Below, one piece after another: positions 8,365 through 17,467 of a stretch of DNA of 37,268 nt. Position 1 is the stretch's first letter; each line of letters starts with the position of its first letter. The position numbers and the translations under genes are program-made. Under the pieces are notes generated by a model. That model worked only from the letters and a program-made list of their open reading frames with translations. It had not been told where the DNA came from and made no database searches. The stretch lies in the sequence record SRR31156797_14865. The stretch is one strand, 5' to 3'.

Positions 8365-10401
8365 ATGAGAAAGCTATTATTTGTAATTACCGGATTAATG
8401 CTACTTTTTGGTGAAAGTACAGCGCAAACTGTAGTTTCAGGAGATGTTTTTGGTTATTGGACGAAGGATTCTTCTCCTTATTTTGTAACTAATGATATAA
8501 TAGTTCAATCGGACAAGCAATTGATAATCGAGCCTGGAGTTGAGGTGATATTTCAAGGACATTTTGAACTGATTGTCAAAGGTAGAATCTTAGCATTGGG
8601 AAGTATAAATGATTCTGTATCATTTACAATAAATGATACTGCTGGGTTTAGTAATTTAAGTAATAGTCTGGGATCTTGGGGAGGGATTGAATTTGATTCC
8701 GATGTGGATGATGTTAATTTATTTCGTTTTTGTAAATTCCAATTTGCAAAACAAATTAATTCTGGAGGTGGTGCTATACGGTTTTTAAATTTTGATGGAG
8801 TTCTGGATATTTCGAATTGTACTTTTAAAAACAATTATGCCACTTCAGGTGGAGCAATAAGATATGATGGTTGGGATAAAGGGCCTTTATTAATTAAAAA
8901 CAGTTCCTTTGAAAGTAACTTTGCAAATTATGGAGGAGCAATTTGTGCTTGGAGTTATAATCAATTAAAAGAAGTGTCAAATTGCATTTTTCGAAATAAT
9001 TTTGCGGTAACTAAAGGAGGTGCCTTATATATTCAAGCTACAGGGACAAAACTTTTTAATTGTATTTTTAAGGATAATGTTGCATCTGTTTCAGGAGGAG
9101 CTATGACACATGGTAGTTCCTCTAGTCTTAAGATGTATAATTGTATTTTTGATTCTAATTCATCAGCCAATGGTGCTGCATTTAGCACTTTTGGAGGCGC
9201 TGTTGATTCCGATATAGTTAATTGCACATTTATAAACAATATTTCAGATAATTCCATACTTTATTTTATTGATGATTATAATGAAGTTACAATATTAAAT
9301 TCAATAATCTGGAATATTAATTCTCCTCAAATTTCAATGAATTCTGGAATAACAGCAATAAATATTGAGAATTCAGTTATCAAAGATGCTGCCGATAGTC
9401 TTTGGTTCTCAGAGTCATGTGTTGACCAGCATCCTCAAATTATTGGTTTAGATATAGGTTATTCTCTTGAAGAGACTTCTCCTTGTATTAATAATGGTAA
9501 TAATACATATCTTAATCAAGATATAAAAGTTGATTTTTTTAATAATTGTCGCGTTTGGAATACACCAGATGATATTAATGAGATTGTTGATATTGGGGCT
9601 GTTGAATCAAACTCACAAGATTCAATGCCAAGTAATTTGATGGTTCTTATTGGTGATACATTATGTGAAGGAGTTAGTTTCATATTCAAAATTACTGAAG
9701 AATACAATGATGAGTATGATTATACTTGGTTTTATAACTCTGATACATTGGTGAATGATGCCAATATTCTTTCGTTAACGAATATCTCGCCTGAAAACAC
9801 GGCTTTCTATTCTTGCATGGTAAGTAATGAATATGGTGATGTATCTTCTGATTTTACTGGTCTTGAAGTATTGTCAATTCCAGAAAAGCCTTCAGAACCA
9901 ATTGGTAATGATACTGTCTTTTCTAATACAATATCAAATTATTATATTGATCAATTAACTTTCGTTCAGCAAATAGAATGGATACTAATTCCTCAAAGTG
10001 CTGGTGATTATACATATAACGACACTAGCATTACAATTAATTGGAACAATAGTTTTAATGGAAATGCAGAATTGGTTGTAAATCACTTTAATGAATCCTG
10101 TAATACCTATTCTGATACGTTATCTATATATATTGAGGAGGGGTTGTCTATAAGAAACATGAATCATATTGATTTACATATTTATCCGAATCCAACAAAT
10201 GATAATTTCACTGTTGATTTTGAACAACTTGATAAAACAGCTAAGTTGGTTATCTACAATAATATTGGACAGGCAGTCCATTCTCAAATACTTGATTCAG
10301 AAAAAAGTTTGATAAATAAGGATTTGGATAGAGGTCTATATTTTCTTCATATACTAGATGTAAATTATAATGCAATAATTAAGAAATTACTAGTTAAATA
10401 G
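8365..10401 (+). CDS. T9SS-secreted parallel beta-helix protein (Pmp-like FxxN/GGAI repeats) with Ig/PKD-like domains
   Basis: Signal peptide; FKNNYATSGGAI, FESNFANYGGAI, FRNNFAVTKGGAL; SPCINNG...VDIGAVE; C-terminal IYPNP...GLYFL...KKLLVK. Confidence 0.88.
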   Translation: MRKLLFVITGLMLLFGESTAQTVVSGDVFGYWTKDSSPYFVTNDIIVQSDKQLIIEPGVEVIFQGHFELIVKGRILALGSINDSVSFTINDTAGFSNLSNSLGSWGGIEFDSDVDDVNLFRFCKFQFAKQINSGGGAIRFLNFDGVLDISNCTFKNNYATSGGAIRYDGWDKGPLLIKNSSFESNFANYGGAICAWSYNQLKEVSNCIFRNNFAVTKGGALYIQATGTKLFNCIFKDNVASVSGGAMTHGSSSSLKMYNCIFDSNSSANGAAFSTFGGAVDSDIVNCTFINNISDNSILYFIDDYNEVTILNSIIWNINSPQISMNSGITAINIENSVIKDAADSLWFSESCVDQHPQIIGLDIGYSLEETSPCINNGNNTYLNQDIKVDFFNNCRVWNTPDDINEIVDIGAVESNSQDSMPSNLMVLIGDTLCEGVSFIFKITEEYNDEYDYTWFYNSDTLVNDANILSLTNISPENTAFYSCMVSNEYGDVSSDFTGLEVLSIPEKPSEPIGNDTVFSNTISNYYIDQLTFVQQIEWILIPQSAGDYTYNDTSITINWNNSFNGNAELVVNHFNESCNTYSDTLSIYIEEGLSIRNMNHIDLHIYPNPTNDNFTVDFEQLDKTAKLVIYNNIGQAVHSQILDSEKSLINKDLDRGLYFLHILDVNYNAIIKKLLVK

Positions 10402-10481
10402 ACAAATTATCTTTGTAGGATCATCTGAGCCAGAGTTGAAAAATAAGATTCTATTTTGAGTCGAAGTCCAAATAATAAAGG

Positions 10482-10680
10482 CATAGGACACCGTCCTATG
10501 GCTACGTATTCGTTTAAATAATTGCCCTAAAAGTACAAAAGTGGGTACAAAATGCCGATGGTTAGTTCATTCTATTGCATAGTTACCCCATCGCGGCATT
10601 TTGGTATGAGATAAATATTTTACTACCGATATGTTAGCCCTCTGGGCTTTTCTCAAGCGCTGTGTGAAATGTCGGTAGCA
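10482..10680. repeat. Cluster of degenerate REP-like hairpins, including bulged hairpin copy 2 (10548-10603)
   Basis: CATAGGAC-acc-GTCCTATG; CAAAATGCCGATGG...CCATCGCGGCATTTTG; CTACCGATAT...ATGTCGGTAG enclosing AGCCC-tct-GGGCT. Confidence 0.6.
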
Positions 10681-10767
10681 GATTTATTGATAGTATTGAA
10701 AATTCCGTTGGCCTGGAACAAAACTAGATAGCATAAAAAAATAATCAATTTTAGCTAAGTGATGAAT

Positions 10768-11141
10768 TCAGTTTTTAATTTCCCCCGCAACAATAGCACT
10801 TGCAAAAAAAAGCTAGAAATGAAATAATAATATAGGAAAGGACTAGACTTCCTCTTATTACTCTTGTTTTCTTCCTTTCATTTGTCCATTTTCTTTGCAA
10901 GGAAATAATTTTATTTGATGTATCTAAAATAATTAAACAAAGCAAAGACTATAAATAATGCCAGACCATATAGTTTGTTAATTTCTAGTTTTGTATTTAA
11001 GACTATATCTCTAACAAATACTATTGTTGATATATTAGCCGTTTGTAGGAAAGCGACCATACAAAAAGCGTAAATTTCTGGCATGTTGTCTTTTTTTGCT
11101 TTATAGGCCTGAAAAACTCTATAAAAAATATAATTATACAT
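10768..11141 (-). pseudogene. Small membrane protein gene, frameshifted once or twice
   Basis: The 76-aa ORF stops at 10911, but a +1 frame continues KIISLQRKWTNERKKTRVIRGSLVLSYIIISFLAFF; a second shift at a T8 run gives ASAIVAGEIKN-stop at 10768. Confidence 0.6.
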
Positions 11142-11169
11142 ATCCAGTTTTAAAATACAAGTTTTGTAA

Positions 11170-13860
11170 TTACTCCTTCACAATCTGCTTCGATGCCACC
11201 TGCTTATTATCAACTATGAATTTATAGAAATAAATTCCATTTGGAGCTTCTGATCCAGAATCGTTAGTTCCATTCCACTGAATTGAATGCTGCCCCTGCT
11301 CAAAGTTTTGTTGCATAAGGCTTTTAATTTTTTGACCTACAGTATTGTAAATAATTAATTCAACATGTGCTCCTTTTGTCAATGTAAAATCTATTTGGGT
11401 TGAATGTTTAAAAGGGTTTGGATAGTTTTGTTCAATTTTCCCGATTACGTCCATTACCGCAATTGAGTTTGGAGCATTTTTTACAATACTTGTGGTAATT
11501 GCGCTACTTTGTTCAATGCTCACATTTACATAGCATATATTATGGTTTCCATTTGGAATAATCTGCTTGAATGTTCCATTTGTTACTGTATAGCCATATT
11601 CTGACAGAGGCATAATAAATTTTACAACTCCATGCTGAAATGTTTTATCATGATTATTGGTAATCGTTGCTGATAGACTATCAAACAAACCATTATTATC
11701 TTCATTGTATTCAATGGTAAGGTTTTCGCCAATACCATTTACATAAATGGTGTTCTCTGGAGCCAATTCGGCGTTGTTTACCCTAATCATGCGGTAAGCC
11801 ATGGTTTCATCACATACATTGTCGGTTCCAATATCGAAGGGATGCGTGTAATCATCCGTATTGGAATGTGTATGTCCCCACATTGCCATGTCGGCTCCAA
11901 GTGTTTCAAGGTTAATGTCATCATTGAAATCGAAATGGTAGAATAGCACGTTTGTTTTATCTGAGTTTGATGCAACTTCATTTTCTAGCCAGATAAGTTG
12001 TGAAGGAATAAATCCCTTCTCACCGTAGATTTCATATAGGTAACTGTCGTAATTATCAGATGCTTCCATCCCTATGAAATGAACTTCATCGTAATCAAAA
12101 GTATAGTCATGTACATAGTATTCTTCATGCACAGGAGGTATGGTTTGTTGTCTCCATCCAAAGAATCGCCACCATTCTCTGCGTGATGTTCCTTGCGATG
12201 GTGGAGTAGATTCCCATCCACCCAAATCATGATTACCGGGAACAATGAAAACAGGAACTTCGAATTTTTCCAATAGTTCAACAGTTTTTGTGTGGTGTCG
12301 AAGGCACTCAAAATCTTCCATTTCACCTTCGTTTATCAAATCACCTGTAAGTAATACAAACTCGGGGTTGATTAAATTGATGTCATCGATCACTTGCTCA
12401 AAATCTGAAAGTTCGCTGTCGTCGATGTCGTATCCTTCATCTCCCCAAAATGTATGACCGGGTAGGTGTGTATCTGTTATTTGAATGAAATAGTATTCAT
12501 CCTTATATGTATCAATAATTTTTACAGCATTTCTTGCGGTATCTGAGATTCCACCAGATGCAGTTACATGTAAATCATATAACTCAAAATAATCTACGTT
12601 TGGCATTAATGCTTGCAGCGTCCATTTGTCCAAATTAGTGTCATAATCAGATTGAGTTATTGTAAGATCTACAGCAATATTTTCAAAATAAAGAGAGGCA
12701 TCCCAGTTAGTTGTTGTTTCTGGAGCAAAGCATTCAATATGAAGTGTTTCGCCCGGTGAAACTATTGCAGGTATGTTGAGTAATGGACGTTGTATTGTGG
12801 TAACGGTATCAGCTTGCGGAGTGTCACATCCTGATGAGCCTGAAATTAGTTCCCCTGGTGTATAATAAGTAATATTATTTCCATTGATATCAACATTGGT
12901 AAACTCAAGAAATGCTTCACCATCTGCAAAAGGAGTAAAGTTCAATTTGATCAAAACACCATTGTTTGAAAAATTTGCATCTCCTGTAAATGTAAGGTCA
13001 ATTTGCCCTCCTGATGAGTTATCAGTTATTGCTCCTGATTCAGAAATAGTGTTTTCTATTACGAATCCATTATAAGTGAAAATTGTCTCATCAAAAGACA
13101 TATTGATTTCATAACTTGTAATGTTGGCATTTTGATTTAATAGTGTTATGTGAATAGGTAATGCTATTGAGCTTTCATCTGTAACATATGTATCATTGGT
13201 ATATAAAATATAGGCATCTTCAGCTGCTTGAATATCACTGCTGGATCTTGGTAAGATGCACTGACCATAATAATCGGTGACGATTCCCTTTACATTTGCA
13301 AAAGGATAATCCATGAACAATGGAAGTTCATTTTCCAGATTGTATATGCCACTTCTGATGGTGCAGGAACCACTGCCATCATCTACACTCCAGTTACTGT
13401 AAGAGTCGTATGTTTCTGTTACATTACAATCTATAACCTGCACCAGTACACCTTCATATGCTTCTTCTTCAACCTGATTTGTATTAATTTGGGCAAATGG
13501 AGGTAACGAATTATTTGTACTAATAACCTCAAAAGAAGTGAGATCTTTTAACTCTGTCATTCCATTGTATTCATATACTAGTCCGGTAATAAGAATACTA
13601 TCACCTACGTCTGGAGAATTTGTATTATCATAAATAAATACCCCATTCCATGCTCCTCCGGTTGAAGAGCTTATAAAATATCTTCCACCATTATAATTGG
13701 CAACAGTTACAATTCCACCAGTGGTTACAGTTTGGTTAGCATAAGTAGATGGGTAGGTTCCATCAACTGATTCTGTAGTATATTGAATGTCATAAATGCT
13801 GGTTTGGGCATTTAAAAATAGAGGGATCAAAGTCAGGATGAGTAGTATTTGTCTTTTCAT
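11170..13860 (-). CDS. T9SS-secreted calcineurin-like metallophosphoesterase with N-terminal OB-folds, a cohesin-like domain and a FlgD-Ig-type CTD
   Basis: Start MKRQILL (13860) gives a signal peptide; MPP motifs DTH, GDL, GNHD, YH, GHTH; N-terminal SIYDIQY...VGDSILITGLVYEYNGMTEL; CTD QNYPNPF...WNGTNDSG...GIYFY. Confidence 0.85.
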   Translation of the reverse strand: MKRQILLILTLIPLFLNAQTSIYDIQYTTESVDGTYPSTYANQTVTTGGIVTVANYNGGRYFISSSTGGAWNGVFIYDNTNSPDVGDSILITGLVYEYNGMTELKDLTSFEVISTNNSLPPFAQINTNQVEEEAYEGVLVQVIDCNVTETYDSYSNWSVDDGSGSCTIRSGIYNLENELPLFMDYPFANVKGIVTDYYGQCILPRSSSDIQAAEDAYILYTNDTYVTDESSIALPIHITLLNQNANITSYEINMSFDETIFTYNGFVIENTISESGAITDNSSGGQIDLTFTGDANFSNNGVLIKLNFTPFADGEAFLEFTNVDINGNNITYYTPGELISGSSGCDTPQADTVTTIQRPLLNIPAIVSPGETLHIECFAPETTTNWDASLYFENIAVDLTITQSDYDTNLDKWTLQALMPNVDYFELYDLHVTASGGISDTARNAVKIIDTYKDEYYFIQITDTHLPGHTFWGDEGYDIDDSELSDFEQVIDDINLINPEFVLLTGDLINEGEMEDFECLRHHTKTVELLEKFEVPVFIVPGNHDLGGWESTPPSQGTSRREWWRFFGWRQQTIPPVHEEYYVHDYTFDYDEVHFIGMEASDNYDSYLYEIYGEKGFIPSQLIWLENEVASNSDKTNVLFYHFDFNDDINLETLGADMAMWGHTHSNTDDYTHPFDIGTDNVCDETMAYRMIRVNNAELAPENTIYVNGIGENLTIEYNEDNNGLFDSLSATITNNHDKTFQHGVVKFIMPLSEYGYTVTNGTFKQIIPNGNHNICYVNVSIEQSSAITTSIVKNAPNSIAVMDVIGKIEQNYPNPFKHSTQIDFTLTKGAHVELIIYNTVGQKIKSLMQQNFEQGQHSIQWNGTNDSGSEAPNGIYFYKFIVDNKQVASKQIVKE

Positions 13861-14004
13861 CTTTAGCAAATAATAGAAATTAGTTTGAATGGCTAAAAAT
13901 AGCACGATAAATTGATTTACGATAAAAAGAAAGATTTGTGTCCGATTTTGTCTTTTTTTTCATAGACAATAGCTTACATTTTTTAGATTTCTCGCCACGA
14001 ACGC

Positions 14005-14452
14005 GGATCAGTTGAAAAAGTTGTGGACATTTTTATTAATTAATGATCTAAGCCCAATGCAAGCATTAAGAATAAAGAAATTAAAATTGAACGCGGATTT
14101 TGCGGATCAAGCAGATTCAGCTGATTTCAGTTTACATGTATTAAATTGTCTTGCCAATAATTTAAACTAATAATAGAAATTTAGAAAAGGATATTTTTAA
14201 TAAACAGATTATCACTGATAATCCGTGATAATCTGCATTGCAATGCAATCTTAAAAAGAGTTTTATACCTCTTGCAATATGAAGCTTAGACAATATTAGA
14301 TTTAATTGGTTAATCCGTTTTATCAGCTAAATCCGTAAAATCAGCGTTCTATGTGTTATTAAGTAAACTTAGTTTTATTTCGAATAAACGAATTCTTTTT
14401 CGCCAAACCTATGTCGTGAATATAATAAGTCCACAACTTTATGAAGTGATCC
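14005..14452. mobile_element. MITE (non-autonomous, 448 bp), IS1595-family-like ends
   Basis: 24-bp TIRs GGATCAGTTGAAAAAGTTGTGGAC (14005-14028) and reverse complement GGATCACTTCATAAAGTTGTGGAC (14429-14452), 21/24 identical; exact 8-bp direct repeat ACGAACGC at 13997-14004 and 14453-14460; no transposase ORF. Confidence 0.85.
14089..14349. repeat. Inverted nonamer-periodic repeat element nested in the MITE
   Basis: Left arm GAACGCGGATTTTGCGGATCAAGCAGATTCAGCTGATTT; reverse complement of right arm GAACGCTGATTTTACGGATTTAGCTGATAAAACGGATTA; central 11-bp hairpin at 14205-14235. Confidence 0.75.
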
Positions 14453-14568
14453 ACGAACGCCACGATAAAAACGCGCCGCGAACGCTGCGTGAAATAATAA
14501 ACTGGTACGTTTACAATGACATCTTCAATTTTTATAGCAAGGTGCTTCTGAGCAGGGATTTAATTGGT

Positions 14569-16224
14569 TTATGCAGATGATGAATCTGTCTTAAAATTAG
14601 ATTTCCGTAACCAATCTGAACATTCTTCAATGGTATCAAAAATGTGCTCTTCTGGTATTACGTTTGGAATGAAAAGATTCTTTTTGAATAAATAGAGTGG
14701 TTGTGATTGAACCATTGTCATTAAAACTATAATGTCATTTTTTTTCATTTCTTTAATCACGTCTTCAAGCGCATAAAGCCCTGATTGATCAATGTAGGGA
14801 ACTTTTTTCATTCTGAAAATGATGACTTTGGCATCTGATGGGATTTTATTAATCCGTTCCATTATTTTTGATGCTACACCAAAAAACATTGGGCCATCAA
14901 ATCGTTTAATATACACATGCTCACTTTGTAGTGAAATGTTCTTTTCATCTTGCCATGGCATTTCGCGATCGTATTTGTCAACTTTGTTCAGCGATGTTGA
15001 GTTTTCAACCATTTCGCTGGCTTTACGCATGAAAACAATGGATGCCAGTACCATTCCGATACCCACAGCCTGAATTAAATCGATAAATACTGTTAATAGA
15101 AATACTGTTACAAGGATAAGTGCATCAGAACGAGGGATATTCATGATGTTTTTAATTCCTTTTGTATCAATGATGCTAATTCCTACAGTTATTAAAATTC
15201 CAGCCAGTACAGGAAGTGGAATGTATGAAACGTATTTGCCTAACCCAAGAACGATTGCCATTAATAATATGGCATGAATTATACCTGATAACCTTGTTCT
15301 TCCTCCGGATTTTACATTGACTACCGTTCTCATTGTAGCTCCAGCACCAGGTATTCCGCCTATCAATGAAGCAATAATATTTCCAATACCTTGTCCGATA
15401 AGCTCTTTATTACTATTGTGTTTGGTTCGGGTAATATTATCTGCAACTACTGATGTTAGAAGTGTATCGATGGTTCCCAATCCTGCAAGCGATAAAGCTG
15501 GTATTATGATGAGTGCAATGTCAGAAATATGAATATTTAAGATTGAACCTACTTTTAAGGCTGGTAATCCGGTTGGCATTTCTCCAATAATTGGAATATT
15601 CAATTCTAAAAAGAAAGTTATTAAAGTCATTACAATGATTGCAACAAGTGTGCTTGGGATCGATTTAATTACTTTCGGTAAAAGATAGATAATTCCTACT
15701 GTGACGATGGTTACTATTATTGCGAGGGAATTAAAATTAGAGATTGCTTCCGGTAATTTAAGAAATACATCTGTGATTTTTGAAGGAGAGGATAGTCCCA
15801 GCATTGGAAACAGCTGCAACAAAATGATAATTACTCCAATTCCACTCATAAATCCCGATAGCACGGGGTAGGGAATGAACTTAATATATTTCCCGATTTT
15901 TAATAGACCGAAAAGAATCTGAAAAACGCCTGAAAGTAAGAACGTAAGAATAATTAGGCCAAGAGCATTATCTATATCTCCATATTTTGATATAGCTAAT
16001 GTTACAATGGTGGCTGAAACTACTGTCATAGGTCCGGTTGGACCACTAATTTGGGTATTGGTTCCACCAAAAATGGCTGCAAAAAGGCCCAAAACCATAG
16101 CCCCATATAATCCTGCACTTGCTCCTAATCCTGACTGCACACCAAAAGCTAAAGCTAAAGGCAGCGCTACTATTCCAGCGGTAATTCCGCCGAAAATATC
16201 ACCTTTTGCGTTCTTAATTTTCAT
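14569..16224 (-). CDS. SulP/SLC26 family anion transporter (BicA-like) with STAS domain
   Basis: GDIFGGITAGIVALPLALAFG, QISGPTGPM, NKELIGQGIGN, GAGATMRT; STAS motifs DGPMFFG and VPYIDQSG. Confidence 0.95.
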   Translation of the reverse strand: MKIKNAKGDIFGGITAGIVALPLALAFGVQSGLGASAGLYGAMVLGLFAAIFGGTNTQISGPTGPMTVVSATIVTLAISKYGDIDNALGLIILTFLLSGVFQILFGLLKIGKYIKFIPYPVLSGFMSGIGVIIILLQLFPMLGLSSPSKITDVFLKLPEAISNFNSLAIIVTIVTVGIIYLLPKVIKSIPSTLVAIIVMTLITFFLELNIPIIGEMPTGLPALKVGSILNIHISDIALIIIPALSLAGLGTIDTLLTSVVADNITRTKHNSNKELIGQGIGNIIASLIGGIPGAGATMRTVVNVKSGGRTRLSGIIHAILLMAIVLGLGKYVSYIPLPVLAGILITVGISIIDTKGIKNIMNIPRSDALILVTVFLLTVFIDLIQAVGIGMVLASIVFMRKASEMVENSTSLNKVDKYDREMPWQDEKNISLQSEHVYIKRFDGPMFFGVASKIMERINKIPSDAKVIIFRMKKVPYIDQSGLYALEDVIKEMKKNDIIVLMTMVQSQPLYLFKKNLFIPNVIPEEHIFDTIEECSDWLRKSNFKTDSSSA

Positions 16225-16247
16225 TATAGTTCTGAGATTTTGACTGG

Positions 16248-16255
16248 CAAAAGTA
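16248..16255 (-). promoter_or_regulatory. Bacteroidota -7 element for the SulP gene
   Basis: TACTTTTG on the minus strand, 23 nt upstream of the start. Confidence 0.55.
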
Positions 16256-16441
16256 TGTAAAATTGAGGAATATTTTAGGTTAGCGGTATGATAAATAGTT
16301 GTCTAGTATATTTTTTATGTTTTTGGATTAAAAGAGTTTAAAATATTGTTTGCTAAAGTTTTATGCTTGATTTTGTTAAAATGTCGTTTTATCGACTTAA
16401 CGCTTTTTCCATGAAAAAATAATGTTCCTATCTTTACCATC

Positions 16442-17401
16442 ATGAATCGCATTGATCGTATATCAGCTATTTTAATTCATTTACAGAGCAAGCAAATTGT
16501 GAAAGCCTCTGAGCTGGCAGAGCGATTTGGTGTGAGTAAGCGGACCATTTACCGTGATATTCGTTCACTTGAAGAGGCTGGCGTGCCTTTGGGTGGTGAG
16601 GCAGGAGTGGGATACTACCTTTCTGATAGTTATCATTTACCTCCAGTATCATTGACACGCGAAGAGGCCGGGGCATTCATTGTGGCAGCTAAACTCATGG
16701 AAAAGCATACCGACTTTTCCGTTAACCAACAGTTTCAAAGTGGTTTGACCAAAATACGATCGGTACTTCGTAATGCCGATAAAGATTATTTAGCCAATAT
16801 TGAAGACCAAATTGCAGTGCTAAAAGCTTCCGATAGAAGCGGAGCGCGCTCATCTAACCCATTTTTTGCTTTTATTATGCAAGCAATGAACGAAGGAAAG
16901 GTTGTTGAAATTGAATATGTATCCGGATATACAAACGAAGAGACCAAACGTGATGTGGAGCCCTATAATTTATGGTTTTATAGCATGAACTGGCACCTGA
17001 TAGGCTATTGTAGAAAGCGCAGAGGATATCGTGATTTTAGAATGGATCGCATTAAAAGTGTGACGATTACTGGACATCGATTTGAAAAACCATCTAATTT
17101 TTCCATTGAACACTACTATGAAGAAATGATGAAAAATCAGGAGCTTTTTAGCGCTCAATTGCTCATAGATGAAGTTGTGTATCCGCATATTCAGAACTCA
17201 CGCTATTATTTTGGTTTTGTGGATGAGGAGCAGGTTGGGAATCAATACAAAATGAATTTTCTGGTAAACGATCTTCAATACCTTGCCAAATGGATTATCA
17301 CTTTAGGAAATCATGTGGAAGTATTAAAAAGTGAAAAGCTTAATAATCTAATATTGAGTGAAATAGAAATTCTTTCCAAACATTATCAAAGAAATTCATA
17401 A
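16442..17401 (+). CDS. YafY-family HTH-WYL-WCX transcriptional regulator
   Basis: wHTH LAERFGVSKRTIYRDIRSL; WYL domain RDVEPY...WHLIGYC...RDFRMDRI; WCX-like C-terminus WIITLGNHVEV. Confidence 0.95.
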   Translation: MNRIDRISAILIHLQSKQIVKASELAERFGVSKRTIYRDIRSLEEAGVPLGGEAGVGYYLSDSYHLPPVSLTREEAGAFIVAAKLMEKHTDFSVNQQFQSGLTKIRSVLRNADKDYLANIEDQIAVLKASDRSGARSSNPFFAFIMQAMNEGKVVEIEYVSGYTNEETKRDVEPYNLWFYSMNWHLIGYCRKRRGYRDFRMDRIKSVTITGHRFEKPSNFSIEHYYEEMMKNQELFSAQLLIDEVVYPHIQNSRYYFGFVDEEQVGNQYKMNFLVNDLQYLAKWIITLGNHVEVLKSEKLNNLILSEIEILSKHYQRNS

Positions 17402-17407
17402 TCCTGC

Positions 17408-17442
17408 TGACATACTGTTGTCACACCCTCCCTTTATGTTTG
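17408..17442 (+). promoter_or_regulatory. Putative WYL operator TGACA-N6-TGTCA plus -7 element TATGTTTG
   Basis: Palindrome at 17408-17423; TAnnTTTG at 17435-17442; 25 nt before ATG 17468. Confidence 0.75.
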
Positions 17443-17467
17443 TACCATAATAAAAAATTAAAGTATT

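Noticed and set aside
14353-14580. 75-aa ORF as a possible transposase remnant
   Set aside because: It crosses the MITE TIR/TSD boundary, has no recognisable motifs and no ATG start.
16442-17401. WYL protein as regulator of a phage-defence system (BrxR/CapW type)
   Set aside because: YafY-type architecture and no nuclease, helicase, methylase or other defence genes nearby.
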